A stretch of 64,000 nucleotides of DNA from an uncultured Lachnospiraceae bacterium (GTDB taxonomy: Bacteria; Bacillota; Clostridia; Lachnospirales; Lachnospiraceae). A program made the translations under genes and the position numbers. Shown one piece after another: positions 39,231-48,327 of this stretch. The stretch's first letter is position 1. Every line of letters begins with the position of its first letter. The stretch is taken from NCBI GenBank assembly GCA_910587955.1, contig CAJUNN010000005.1, positions 7,268 to 71,267 on the forward strand. Direction: 5' to 3'. Under the pieces are notes generated by a model, which was given only the letters and a program-made list of their open reading frames with translations, was not told where the DNA came from and ran no database searches.

Positions 39231-39994
39231 ATGTTAGCATTTATAGATGAAAGCGGCTACCCAAGACCTACGGATTCTACAAAAAATCCTATTCTTCTTG
39301 CTGTGTGCATTCATGAATCAGACATAAAACCTATCACAAACCAAATTTATAAACTAAAAGAATCTATTTACGGAAAACAAGATGAAATTAAATCCACCAA
39401 ATTAATACGAGAAGCAACAATTACCAAAAACCGTACAAACAATATGTAGATTCTCTGGTAAACTTGCTGGAAAATTTCAATATTACCATTTTTGCAATTA
39501 TTATGGACAAACCCGATAAAGAAATTGTAACCCCAGACAACCATTTGCCCAAACAATACTATCTTTTAATGAAAAAAATCGAATTTTTCTGTACCCATCA
39601 CCACTACGGAAAAGCCTTGCTAATCTATGACGAAGTCCATGAAGAAGCAGATCGAAAAATAGCAGCTGCACTGACAGGTTTTCTTTTCAAATCACAGCTT
39701 GGAAAAACATTCCGCCACATATTAGAAATGCCTCTCTTTGTCAGTTCCTCTGTTACCGTTTCGATACAACTGGCGGACATTTTTGCAGGTATTTTGCGGC
39801 ATTATTATGAAAACCATTTAGATACCTCAGAACCATCTACAGAATTTCATCAATGGCTCTTTGAGCTTTTTCAAAAACTACAATCACACACAGAAAACAA
39901 TAAGCAGCCCGGAACTTGTTTTATAGAATATGGATTTCAAAAAATAGGAAAAAACTTTTCTTATCCAATTTCCAAAAATGAAAATCCTTCTTGA
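39231..39994 (+). pseudogene. DUF3800-family gene interrupted by a frameshift at an A5 run
   Basis: The N-terminal piece (39231-39449) starts MLAFIDESGYP. The C-terminal piece is in another frame and contains IQLADIFAG. Extended upstream, the second frame reads ...NYQKPYKQYVDSLVNLLENFNITIFAIIMDKP, so the two frames join around ccaaaaacc (39424-39432). GC is about 35%. Confidence 0.65.
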
Positions 39995-40018
39995 CAACAA
40001 CTCTAATTTTTATATAAT
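39991..40018 (+). promoter_or_regulatory. Near-consensus sigma-A promoter immediately after the DUF3800 stop codon
   Basis: TTGACA (39991-39996), a 16-nt spacer, then TATAAT (40013-40018). It is embedded in the inverted repeat acaactctaatt (39997-40008) / aattagagttgt (40021-40032). Confidence 0.5.
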
Positions 40019-40066
40019 AGAATTAGAGTTGTATGTTGTTCCGTCCTGGAGCTGCACACTGCTTGT

Positions 40067-40117
40067 TAAAAACGAATTTATCGCATCTGCAGATTAGCAG
40101 ATGCGATTTCGTTTTTT
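40067..40117. terminator. Bidirectional rho-independent terminator; ends the cob operon and the plus-strand transcript
   Basis: aaaaacgaa-ttt-atcgcatctgc agatta gcagatgcgat-ttcgtttttt forms an 11-bp core stem (40080-40090 / 40097-40107) with A-run and T-run flanks. Confidence 0.8.
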
Positions 40118-40128
40118 ACATAAACGAG

Positions 40129-40653
40129 TCAAAACTCAATCCCTTCCCGCGCCGCAATCCCCTGTTCAAAGGGATGCTTCCGCTTCCGGATCTCGGACAC
40201 ATAATCTGCCAGATCAAGAAGCTCCGGCGCGGGCTCCCGTCCCGTAAGGACAATCTCCAGGCCCTCCGGCTTTCCGCGCAGAAACGCAAGCACCCGTTCC
40301 CGATCCACAAGTTCATGGTTATAGGCTGCGATCAGCTCGTCCATCACCAGCAGGAAAGCCCCGTTCTGCGCTTCCCCGGCAGCACGTTCAAAAAGCGCCC
40401 TGTAAGCCTTTGCAGCCGCTTCTCTTTGTTCTTTCTTCATATTCCAGAAAAATCCGAACTGCTCCTCACACACCGCCACCTGCACTTTGGGAAGCTGTCT
40501 CAAAATATTCAGCTCCGAGGAGGTCCCGTCCTTTAAAAACTGTGCCAGAACCACCGGCCTTCCGCTGCCTGCCGCCCGCAGGGCCAGTCCCATGGCAGCC
40601 GTCGTCTTTCCCTTGCCGTCTCCGCAGTAAATGTGAATACAGGATTTTTTCAT
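40129..40653 (-). CDS. cobO: Cob(I)yrinic acid a,c-diamide adenosyltransferase
   Basis: IHIYCGDGKGKTTAAMGLALRA P-loop of the CobA/CobO/BtuR family. The start is set at MKKSCIHIY. Confidence 0.88.
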   Translation of the reverse strand: MKKSCIHIYCGDGKGKTTAAMGLALRAAGSGRPVVLAQFLKDGTSSELNILRQLPKVQVAVCEEQFGFFWNMKKEQREAAAKAYRALFERAAGEAQNGAFLLVMDELIAAYNHELVDRERVLAFLRGKPEGLEIVLTGREPAPELLDLADYVSEIRKRKHPFEQGIAAREGIEF

Positions 40654-40684
40654 AGATACTCCTTTCTCCGTGCTCTCCTGGTGT

Positions 40685-41641
40685 CTACAAAGCCAGCGCA
40701 AAACCTACCAGAATCACCGCTGCCAGCACCGCCGTACCGTACAAAAGCCGGTTCACCCGGCGGATGTCCTCCGGCTCCACTGGCCGCAGAGGATCTCCGA
40801 TGGTAGGTTTCTCATACAGCTTTCCAAAATAACAGGCGTTTCCTGCAAGCCGGACACCCAGAGCCCCGGCAGCAGCCGCTTCCGTGTGGGCGGAATTGGG
40901 ACTGGCATGGTTCTTCCGGTCCCTCCGGTAAATCCGCCAGGCGCCTTTCCCGTCCAGCCTTACAAAAGGACTCACCAGAACAAAAAGAACCCCGGAAAGA
41001 CGGGCGGGAATAAAATTCAGCACATCATCCAGGCGGGCAGAAAAGCGTCCCAGATAAAGATAGGCCTCATTTTTATAGCCCACCATAGAATCCAAGGTAT
41101 TGACCGCCTTGTAGAAAAAGCCGAGAACCGGGCCGCCCAGGGCCAGAAAAATCATAGGTGCAATCACACCGTCTGAGGTATTCTCAGCCACCGTCTCTAC
41201 CGCCGCTTTGGCGACCTCCTCCTCCGTCAATTCCAATGTATCCCGCCCCACAATCATAGAAACTGCCTGCCGGGCCTTCTCCAAATCTCCCTCCTGCAAA
41301 GCCGCATACACCTTCATGCTCTCGCTTTTCAGGGACTTCACGGCCAGAAGCTGGTAATCCCAGAAAACGCCCAGCCCAAAGGCAAGTCCCGGATGAATCC
41401 GGGCCGCCAGCAAAAGAACCAGCAGAGGAACGCCTGCGGAAATAACCGTCACAGACAAGCCCAGGCATACGCCTGCTGCCAGCTCCCCTTTCTCCGTCCG
41501 GGGAAACAGCTTTCGAAAGACAGCCTCCAGCTTGGAAATAAGAAGTCCTATCAGGCGGATCGGATGGTAAAGCCAATAGGGATCACCGAAGATCAGATCC
41601 AGAAGAAGCCCCAGGATCAGGATCAAAACCGTTTGTCTCAT
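40685..41641 (-). CDS. cbiB: Adenosylcobinamide-phosphate synthase
   Basis: LLLDLIFGDPYWLYHPIRLIG is the CbiB/CobD hallmark. It is a multi-TM protein. Confidence 0.9.
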   Translation of the reverse strand: MRQTVLILILGLLLDLIFGDPYWLYHPIRLIGLLISKLEAVFRKLFPRTEKGELAAGVCLGLSVTVISAGVPLLVLLLAARIHPGLAFGLGVFWDYQLLAVKSLKSESMKVYAALQEGDLEKARQAVSMIVGRDTLELTEEEVAKAAVETVAENTSDGVIAPMIFLALGGPVLGFFYKAVNTLDSMVGYKNEAYLYLGRFSARLDDVLNFIPARLSGVLFVLVSPFVRLDGKGAWRIYRRDRKNHASPNSAHTEAAAAGALGVRLAGNACYFGKLYEKPTIGDPLRPVEPEDIRRVNRLLYGTAVLAAVILVGFALAL

Positions 41642-42206
41642 AAAGCTTCACGCCTCCTTCGTCCGTCTCGTCCCACCAGGTGCAAAAGCCCTTTCCGTTT
41701 TTCACCTGCCAGTGGTAAAAATCATGTCTGGGAACGGCATATGCTTCCAGAATGCTCATAATCGTCCCCCCGTGCACCACAAAGGCCGCCCGCCGTTTCT
41801 TTGTCCTTTGGATTTCCTTTAAGGCCTCCACAAAGCCTTCCCTGCACCGTGTGCGGAAATCCGCTCCGCTCTCCCCTCCCGGAAACGGCAGGCTCCCCCC
41901 GCTGTCCACCCAGGCCTGGTAAGCCGGATTTTCTGCCAGCTCCAGGTAATTCTTATTCTCAAACTCCCCGAAATCACACTCCCGGAGTTTTTCTATAAAA
42001 TAGACGGGAACGCCCGGCCATAAAATTCCGGCTGTCTGTACACACCGCCGCATAGGACTTGCGTAGACGGCTTCCACCTCCGGACAGCGGTACCGCCTGA
42101 GAGCAGCCCGGCCGGCCGGGCTCAAGCTTTCGTCTGTAGTCCCCACATAGCGTCCCAGCTCATTTCCGGGTGTGTGGCCGTGCCGGACCAGATACAGCTC
42201 AATCAT
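41583..42206 (-). CDS. cobC: Alpha-ribazole phosphatase (histidine phosphatase family)
   Basis: LYLVRHGHTPGN (RHG motif). It sits within the cob operon. Confidence 0.8.
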   Translation of the reverse strand: MIELYLVRHGHTPGNELGRYVGTTDESLSPAGRAALRRYRCPEVEAVYASPMRRCVQTAGILWPGVPVYFIEKLRECDFGEFENKNYLELAENPAYQAWVDSGGSLPFPGGESGADFRTRCREGFVEALKEIQRTKKRRAAFVVHGGTIMSILEAYAVPRHDFYHWQVKNGKGFCTWWDETDEGGVKLYETNGFDPDPGASSGSDLR

Positions 42207-42585
42207 GTTTGATCACCATGCCGATTCCGCAGATCACCCGGTGCACCTCCCGGGCCTCTTTTGCCAGGGCACAGCAGACGCGCCCCGCCTGCTCCCGGTA
42301 TTCCCGGTCAAAGGCATCCGCCGGAACTACACCGCAGCCAAGCTCATCGGCAATCACCACCACGTCCGGATTCCGCCCGGCAAGCTCTTTCGCCAGCTCT
42401 GATACGCCCCGGCCTTCCTCCAGGCAGCGGCGGATGTAGGCGTGAAAATGAAGTACGGCCCCTGCAGAGAAAATTTCCTCCCAGCCGCAGGAGCCTCCGT
42501 CCGTAAAATCCTTCTCTCTCAGCGAAAATTTCTCCTTCGCATAGGCCTTCTTTCCCTGGAAAGCGCCTCCCACAATCAATATCAT
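42199..42585 (-). CDS. Truncated CobU-like protein with a degenerate P-loop and no central His region
   Basis: The N-terminus MILIVGGAFQGKKAY compares with GGSGSGKS in the full copy. The C-terminus VVVIADELGCGVVPADAFDREYREQAGRV...ICGIGMVIK matches the CobU C-terminal half. It is only 128 aa. Confidence 0.65.
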   Translation of the reverse strand: MILIVGGAFQGKKAYAKEKFSLREKDFTDGGSCGWEEIFSAGAVLHFHAYIRRCLEEGRGVSELAKELAGRNPDVVVIADELGCGVVPADAFDREYREQAGRVCCALAKEAREVHRVICGIGMVIKHD

Positions 42586-42598
42586 ACAATCCCCTTTA

Positions 42599-43360
42599 TC
42601 AGAATTTTCCTGCCAGATAGACAGCCGCAGCCATCACCAGCTCGCAGATCTGCAGGAAAGCTCCCGCCAGATCCCCGCTGATTCCCCCAAACTGTTTTTT
42701 CGACATGCAGTAATACCATACAAAGGTAAGCCAGGCCCCGAAGCAGGCCGCAGCTCCCGGCTTCACATCTGCCAGGCACATGTACCCGGCCGCCAGAACC
42801 AAAAGCACATACATGGAAATCTCCACGCACCGCTCCCGGGAAGCATCGGAAAACGCAGCCACCGTACCGTCCTGCCTGGCCGGAGGAAACGCCGCCACTG
42901 CCAGAGCGCTGAAACTCCTGGAAACCACAAAGCCCCCCGCAAGCACCAGGGCCTGTTCCGTGCTGATCTCGCTCCAGATCCCTAAAAGAGCCAGAAAATA
43001 GCAGCAGGCAGTAATCACTGCAAAGGCCCCCGCATGGGAATCCTTTAAAATTTCCAGCTTCCGCTCCCGGGTCTGGTATGAACTCAAGGCATCCGCCGTA
43101 TCCAAAAGTCCGTCCAGATGGATGCCTCCTGTCACAAGCACCGGAATCAGCACATACCCTGCCCCCCGAAGAAGGCTTCCCGCCTTTAGCCAGGCGGCAG
43201 CGTGGCCCCAAAGGATTACAAAAGCTCCGATTACAATCCCGATAAGCGGAAAAAAGCACATGGCATAGCGCATATTCTCTTCCTTCCACTCTGCCCGGGG
43301 CATCGGAATTTTAGAATACATGGCAAATGCAATTTTAAAGCTGTTCCACAACCGGCTCAT
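42599..43360 (-). CDS. cobS: Adenosylcobinamide-GDP ribazoletransferase (cobalamin synthase)
   Basis: SFKIAFAMYSKIPMP... is a CobS N-terminal hallmark. It is a polytopic membrane protein. Confidence 0.9.
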   Translation of the reverse strand: MSRLWNSFKIAFAMYSKIPMPRAEWKEENMRYAMCFFPLIGIVIGAFVILWGHAAAWLKAGSLLRGAGYVLIPVLVTGGIHLDGLLDTADALSSYQTRERKLEILKDSHAGAFAVITACCYFLALLGIWSEISTEQALVLAGGFVVSRSFSALAVAAFPPARQDGTVAAFSDASRERCVEISMYVLLVLAAGYMCLADVKPGAAACFGAWLTFVWYYCMSKKQFGGISGDLAGAFLQICELVMAAAVYLAGKF

Positions 43361-43889
43361 TTACAGCCTCCTTTTGATGCAGCAGGATTCCGCAGACCAC
43401 CTCTGTCACCTGATCGGCTTCTTTGGATAGCTCCGCGTTAATCTCTCCCAGACAGCGCCGGTACTGCTCCGTTGTTTCATCATATGCCGCACCGTCGCAA
43501 AAAATATCATTGGTAACTGCCGCCAGATGGCAGCACCGGTCCCGCAGGGCACGTACTCCCTGTACCACAGCCGGGAGGGTTCCCTCCCCGGCCCCGTCCT
43601 CTGCGAACATCTCGTTGGCCGCCAGATTGGACAGGCATTCCAGCAGCACCACGCCCCGGCTGGGGAGCTTTAACTCCTCTAAGTTCCGGTAGCACTCAAT
43701 GGTCTCAAATCCCTTGCCCTCCCTAAGCTTCTGATGGCGCAGGATACGCCTGCGTCCTTCCTCCCCCCAGGGTTCCATGGTAGCCACATAATAGAGGGGA
43801 AGATGCTCCTTTGCTCCCCAGGACACGGCCAGGTTTTCCGCATACTCCGATTTTCCGCTCCCGCTTCCTCCTACAATCAGCGCAAACAT
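43335..43889 (-). CDS. cobU: Adenosylcobinamide kinase / adenosylcobinamide-phosphate guanylyltransferase
   Basis: MFALIVGGSGSGKSEYAE P-loop and RRILRHQKLR (His region). The start is set at the ATG at 43887-43889, overlapping the cbiA stop by 13 nt. Confidence 0.88.
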   Translation of the reverse strand: MFALIVGGSGSGKSEYAENLAVSWGAKEHLPLYYVATMEPWGEEGRRRILRHQKLREGKGFETIECYRNLEELKLPSRGVVLLECLSNLAANEMFAEDGAGEGTLPAVVQGVRALRDRCCHLAAVTNDIFCDGAAYDETTEQYRRCLGEINAELSKEADQVTEVVCGILLHQKEAVNEPVVEQL

Positions 43890-45247
43890 GAGGCTCCCCC
43901 GCAACATTCCAGAAAATTTTTTGCCGCCTGGGGATTGGAGTAAAAGAACAGGTGGGGAAAGCCTGCATACAGGGTCAAAGTCCCGTGTACACAGCTCCAG
44001 TTTCTCTGGCGCAAAGGCTTTTCCGCCCTCATGCTTCCGCCGCTGTCCCCGCTCTCCCAATAGTGAAACTCATGGCCGCGGATTCTTCCCCCTTTGCTCA
44101 GCAGCATCTGATCTTCCAAGGATTTCAGCATTACATAGCCAAAGCGGGACAGCTTCCCCGTGCGGTAGGCATGCGCATCCACCACCCCGGCCATAGGATA
44201 TGATTTTCCGTCCTCTCCCTCCAGGCTCCGGTGCAGATAAAGAAAGCCTCCGCACTCGGCAATACAGGGAAGTCCCCCCTGCACCGCCTTTTGGACAGCT
44301 CTGCACATAGAAGCATTCCCGCTTAACTGCTCCGCGTACAATTCCGGATAACCACCGCTTAAAATCAAGCCTTCACAGCCCTTAGGAAGCTCTTTATCCC
44401 TAAGGGGGGAAAACTCCAAAAACTCTGCACCCAGCTCCTCCAAAAGCCGCAGATTATCCCGGTAAGTAAAGCAGAAGGCCTCATCCCTGGCCAGGGCAAT
44501 GCGCAGTTTCTTTCTGCCGACCGGCCCGGGCAGGCTGGGAGCCGTATACTCCAGAGCCGGAGCCTCGTAGGCCATAGCCATAAGGGCGTCCAGATCCAGG
44601 CTTTTTTCCAAAACCCCGGCCAGCTTTCCAAGCTTCTCCCGGAGATCTTTAATTTCCTCCGGCATCACCAGCCCCAAATGGCGGCTCTCCCAGGCCAGTT
44701 CCGGCAGCCTGGGAACGTATCCAAGCACCCGCACGGGAAGCCGCATCTCAATGAGCTCCTTCATGTCGGGATAGACGGAGGGAGACATCTGGTTTAAAAT
44801 CACGCCCCGGATCCTCCTGGGATGCTCGTATTCCACAAACCCCTGAATCAGCGGGATGACGGACAGGCTTAAGCCCCGGCAGTTCACCACCAGTACCACC
44901 GGCATATCAAGGGCCTTGGCCACATCTGCGGAGCTGGCCTCCGTGGAAATTCCCCCCAGGCCGTCGTAATAGCCCATCACGCCCTCCGCTACGGAAATTT
45001 CCGCCTGCTGCGCTTCCTGGCTGAAAAGATAGCGGGTGGTTTCCCGCCCCGTAAAAAACGTATCCAGATTTCCCGAACGCGTCCCGATCACATGGCTGTG
45101 AAACATGGGATCGATATAATCGGGCCCGCACTTAAAAGAGGCCACCCGGTATCCCCGGTTTACCAAGGCCTGTAGAATCCCGCAGGTCACAAGCGTCTTT
45201 CCGCTTCCGCTGGCAGGCGCGGCCAGCATAATTCTCGGCAGTCTCAT
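43877..45247 (-). CDS. cbiA: Cobyrinic acid a,c-diamide synthase
   Basis: APASGSGKT P-loop and a C-terminal GATase with AECGGFLYL. Confidence 0.92.
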   Translation of the reverse strand: MRLPRIMLAAPASGSGKTLVTCGILQALVNRGYRVASFKCGPDYIDPMFHSHVIGTRSGNLDTFFTGRETTRYLFSQEAQQAEISVAEGVMGYYDGLGGISTEASSADVAKALDMPVVLVVNCRGLSLSVIPLIQGFVEYEHPRRIRGVILNQMSPSVYPDMKELIEMRLPVRVLGYVPRLPELAWESRHLGLVMPEEIKDLREKLGKLAGVLEKSLDLDALMAMAYEAPALEYTAPSLPGPVGRKKLRIALARDEAFCFTYRDNLRLLEELGAEFLEFSPLRDKELPKGCEGLILSGGYPELYAEQLSGNASMCRAVQKAVQGGLPCIAECGGFLYLHRSLEGEDGKSYPMAGVVDAHAYRTGKLSRFGYVMLKSLEDQMLLSKGGRIRGHEFHYWESGDSGGSMRAEKPLRQRNWSCVHGTLTLYAGFPHLFFYSNPQAAKNFLECCGGASCLR

Positions 45248-47263
45248 TTACTCTCTCCCCTGACGATCCCGGCCGTTTCCCTGTCCGGCAAAAATATACA
45301 CGGGATTTTGTCCTGTCATCAAATGGTAATTTCCGAGGGTTTTCGCTTTCGCCACCTGTACCTGCAGAATCTCCACATCTTCAAAAGGAAGCTCCCTCAG
45401 ACACCGGGAGGCTTCCCCCACCGTCTCCAGGGTAACGGCATTTATTACCACCCGCACACTTGGATTTTTCCGAAGCAATACCTCCAGAATTTCCTTTAGG
45501 TTTCCGGAGGAACCGCCGATAAAGGCGTGTGTTGGCGCAGGCAGGGCTTCAAGAGCCTCCGGTGCTTCCCCCTCCACCACCTCCACATGGGAGACCCTAA
45601 ACTTCCTGGCATTCTCCCGTATAAGCCCGGCAGCCTCCCGGTTTCTCTCAACAGCCCACACCCGCCCCTTTGGGGTCTGCAGGGCCGCTTCTACGGAAAC
45701 GGATCCGGTCCCCGCCCCCACGTCATAGACCTGGGAGTTCTCTTGAAGGCGCAGCTTGGCTACCGAGAGACAGCGGATCTCGCTTTTGGTCATAGGAGCC
45801 CCGCCCCGGAGAAATTCTTCATCGGGAATGCACAGGGCCGTTCCCCCGCAAAAATCCGGATTCTCTATTAAGGCCGCGCAGAGACCATCAAAATCCTGCG
45901 TCAAAAGCTCCTCCGGCCTTCCCCGGACGATGCGCTCTTTGGGATAGTGCAGCTGCTCCCCTACCGTCACCTCCGTCCGGTCCAGGCCGTATTCCAGCAG
46001 CTCTTCGCAGAGGTTTTTCACCGAATCCCTTCCGCCCAGCAGGGTAAAGGTCCGAAAATTTCCCCGGACGGCTGCTATCAGATTCTCCCTGCGTCCGTGG
46101 ACGCTCATCAGCCTCACATCCTCCCAGGAAATCTTCAGCCGGCTGCAGAGATAAGCCGCCGAAGAAACCCCCGGCAGCAGCTCTACCGAAAAGCCCGCCT
46201 GCTCAAAGGCCGTCCGCAGGCGCTTTGCCCCGCTGTAAAACCCCACGTCCCCGGAGAGGGCCACCGCAGCCTTTTGGTACTCCCTATGTTTCAGAAGCCA
46301 GTCCGTCATCACCTCCGGGTCATAGGCATCCAGAAGAGGCTTCCTCAGATCCCGGAGGCTCTCCAGCATCCGCCCCGCCCCAAGGATACAGTCCGCATCC
46401 CGGAAAGCCCGGCGTACCTCCTCTGTCATATTTTCCGGCACACCCATGCCGATTCCGGCCAAAACAACGGTCCGCTTCTCTTCCGGCCGGGCCGGAGCCG
46501 TTTTTAAGGAAAAGCGTTTCTGCAGTGTGCGGATGCCCTCCTCCACGGAAACTCCGGCCTGCTCCGGCGGGCGTCCCACGAGAATCACGCCGGCTCCCGC
46601 TTGGCGGGCCGCAGACAGCTTTTCCGCAAAGCCCCCTGCTTTCCCCGATTCCTTCGTTACCAGCCAGGATGCCCCGATCTGCCGGAGCATGGCCAGATTC
46701 AATTCCTCGGAAAAAGGCCCCTGCATGCCAATCACATGAGAGCCGGGAAATCCAAGCTCTGCACAGTGGGCTGCGGCCTCCGGGGAGGGCAGCACCCGGG
46801 CAAAGACCCGCTCCCGGAAATCCGGAAGCTGTGTAAAGCGGTGAAGCTCCTTGCTTCCCGTAGTCACCAGCACCCGGCCCGGCAAGACGGCAAGACGGCG
46901 GACCGCCTCTTCCACACTCCCTGTCACAATACAGTTTTCATCGGAAAGAGACGCCTGCGGGCGGATGAAGCGTAAATACCCGCACCCCGTATTTTCACAG
47001 GCTTCCCGGATATTTGCAGATACCTCCGCCGCATAAGGATGGGTCGCGTCCAGTACCAAAGGACAGCCCTCCCGCCGAAAGAGGCCTTCCATCTCCTCCC
47101 TGCTTAAGCGCCCCCGCAGCACCTCCAGGCTTCCACCCTCCTGCGCCAGCTCCCGGCCGTACTCCGTGGCCACGCACGCCAGGGTCTCCACCCCTTCGTC
47201 TGCCAGCCACCGGCTGATTTCCCTTCCCTCTGTAGTTCCTGCAAATACAATAATCTGTCTCAT
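45248..47263 (-). CDS. cbiJET: Tri-domain fusion: cobalt-precorrin-6A reductase (CbiJ) + CbiE + CbiT (C5,C15-methyltransferase/decarboxylase)
   Basis: The N-terminus MRQIIVFAGTTEGRE is CbiJ/CobK-like. The middle VVLAGIGMGVPENMT is the CbiE tetrapyrrole methylase domain. The C-terminal VYDVGAGTGSVSVEA is the SAM-MT motif of CbiT. The start is set at the ATG at 47261-47263. Confidence 0.85.
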   Translation of the reverse strand: MRQIIVFAGTTEGREISRWLADEGVETLACVATEYGRELAQEGGSLEVLRGRLSREEMEGLFRREGCPLVLDATHPYAAEVSANIREACENTGCGYLRFIRPQASLSDENCIVTGSVEEAVRRLAVLPGRVLVTTGSKELHRFTQLPDFRERVFARVLPSPEAAAHCAELGFPGSHVIGMQGPFSEELNLAMLRQIGASWLVTKESGKAGGFAEKLSAARQAGAGVILVGRPPEQAGVSVEEGIRTLQKRFSLKTAPARPEEKRTVVLAGIGMGVPENMTEEVRRAFRDADCILGAGRMLESLRDLRKPLLDAYDPEVMTDWLLKHREYQKAAVALSGDVGFYSGAKRLRTAFEQAGFSVELLPGVSSAAYLCSRLKISWEDVRLMSVHGRRENLIAAVRGNFRTFTLLGGRDSVKNLCEELLEYGLDRTEVTVGEQLHYPKERIVRGRPEELLTQDFDGLCAALIENPDFCGGTALCIPDEEFLRGGAPMTKSEIRCLSVAKLRLQENSQVYDVGAGTGSVSVEAALQTPKGRVWAVERNREAAGLIRENARKFRVSHVEVVEGEAPEALEALPAPTHAFIGGSSGNLKEILEVLLRKNPSVRVVINAVTLETVGEASRCLRELPFEDVEILQVQVAKAKTLGNYHLMTGQNPVYIFAGQGNGRDRQGRE

Positions 47264-47283
47264 ATGCGTCTCCTGCTGCTGTT

Positions 47284-48327
47284 TTAAAACCGTACCCGGT
47301 ACTCCGTCAGGGCCGCGGCCGCCGTTACGCCGTTTTTCGCCTGCTTGCGCTTGAAAAGCTTCTTCTGGCCGGACGCCTTCAAAGCGCAGCGCTCGCACAC
47401 GTTCCCCACTCCTGTCACCGACTGGACAAACTCTGACTCTGAAAATCCGTCTTCACAGATTACGGGCTCCAATTCCTCCCTGCTGTAGGTGAGAAGGGGA
47501 ACACCCAAATCCCGGCAAAACTCCAAAAGCCCCGGCTCCTCTTTTTTCAGATCAATGGATGCCGCCCGGACAATGCTGTGCATGGAAATGCCGCTCTCCC
47601 CAAGAAGCTCCCCGACCGCATCCGCAATCTGTTCCTTTGACGCTCCCTTCCTGCACCCGATGCCAAGCACAGTTATCCGGGGAACCAGATGCAGGGTTTC
47701 CGGAAAGATGCTGCACGCATCATCCAAGGCAATGCTGATCCCAATGTTCCCCCCCTTCCCAAGGGACAATTCCTTTGGAATCCTGCCGGAAACTTCAAAT
47801 TCACTGTGCAGGCCCACCACACGGTTTTCCAGAATCTCTGCCGAAATCCGTTTGGCAAGAGCCAGATTGTCCAGATAAAGGTTCTCCCGGCGGGCGTAAT
47901 CATCTACGGAAAACCGTTTTCCTACATCCGTAGCCGTGGTAATCACCGGTACGGCGCTGCACAGAGACGCCACTTCCCCTGCCAGCTCATTGGCCCCTCC
48001 CAGGTGCCCGGACAAAAGGGAAATGACGTAATTGGCCTGATCGTCCATACAGAGAACCGCCGGGTCCTCCGCCTTGCTCTTTACAAAAGGAGCGATGGCC
48101 CGCACGGCAATGCCTGCGGCCCCGATAAAGATCAGGGCGTCGCAGGAGGCAAACTGCTCCCCGGTCCAGGTTCCCAGGGATTCTTCCACTGGCTGCACCT
48201 GCCAGTCCCGGGCTTCTCTTCCTTTCCCCCAGGCCGTGCATTCATGACCTGTCTGTCTCATGAAACCCGTAATTTTCTTTGCATATCTGCAGCCCTCACG
48301 GCTGAATCCGATAACCGCCAGCTTCAT
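47284..48327 (-). CDS. cbiG: Cobalt-precorrin-5A hydrolase
   Basis: 347 aa with CbiG N/mid/C domain layout, between cbiD and cbiJ. Confidence 0.85.
   Translation of the reverse strand: MKLAVIGFSREGCRYAKKITGFMRQTGHECTAWGKGREARDWQVQPVEESLGTWTGEQFASCDALIFIGAAGIAVRAIAPFVKSKAEDPAVLCMDDQANYVISLLSGHLGGANELAGEVASLCSAVPVITTATDVGKRFSVDDYARRENLYLDNLALAKRISAEILENRVVGLHSEFEVSGRIPKELSLGKGGNIGISIALDDACSIFPETLHLVPRITVLGIGCRKGASKEQIADAVGELLGESGISMHSIVRAASIDLKKEEPGLLEFCRDLGVPLLTYSREELEPVICEDGFSESEFVQSVTGVGNVCERCALKASGQKKLFKRKQAKNGVTAAAALTEYRVRF

Noticed and set aside
40033-40536. 167-aa plus-strand ORF
   Set aside because: It runs through a bidirectional terminator and antisense through cobO. Its composition is off-frame-like.
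42582-43289. 235-aa minus-strand ORF in an alternative frame of cobS
   Set aside because: It overlaps the well-supported CobS frame and has a Gly/Cys/Arg-rich composition typical of off-frame translation.
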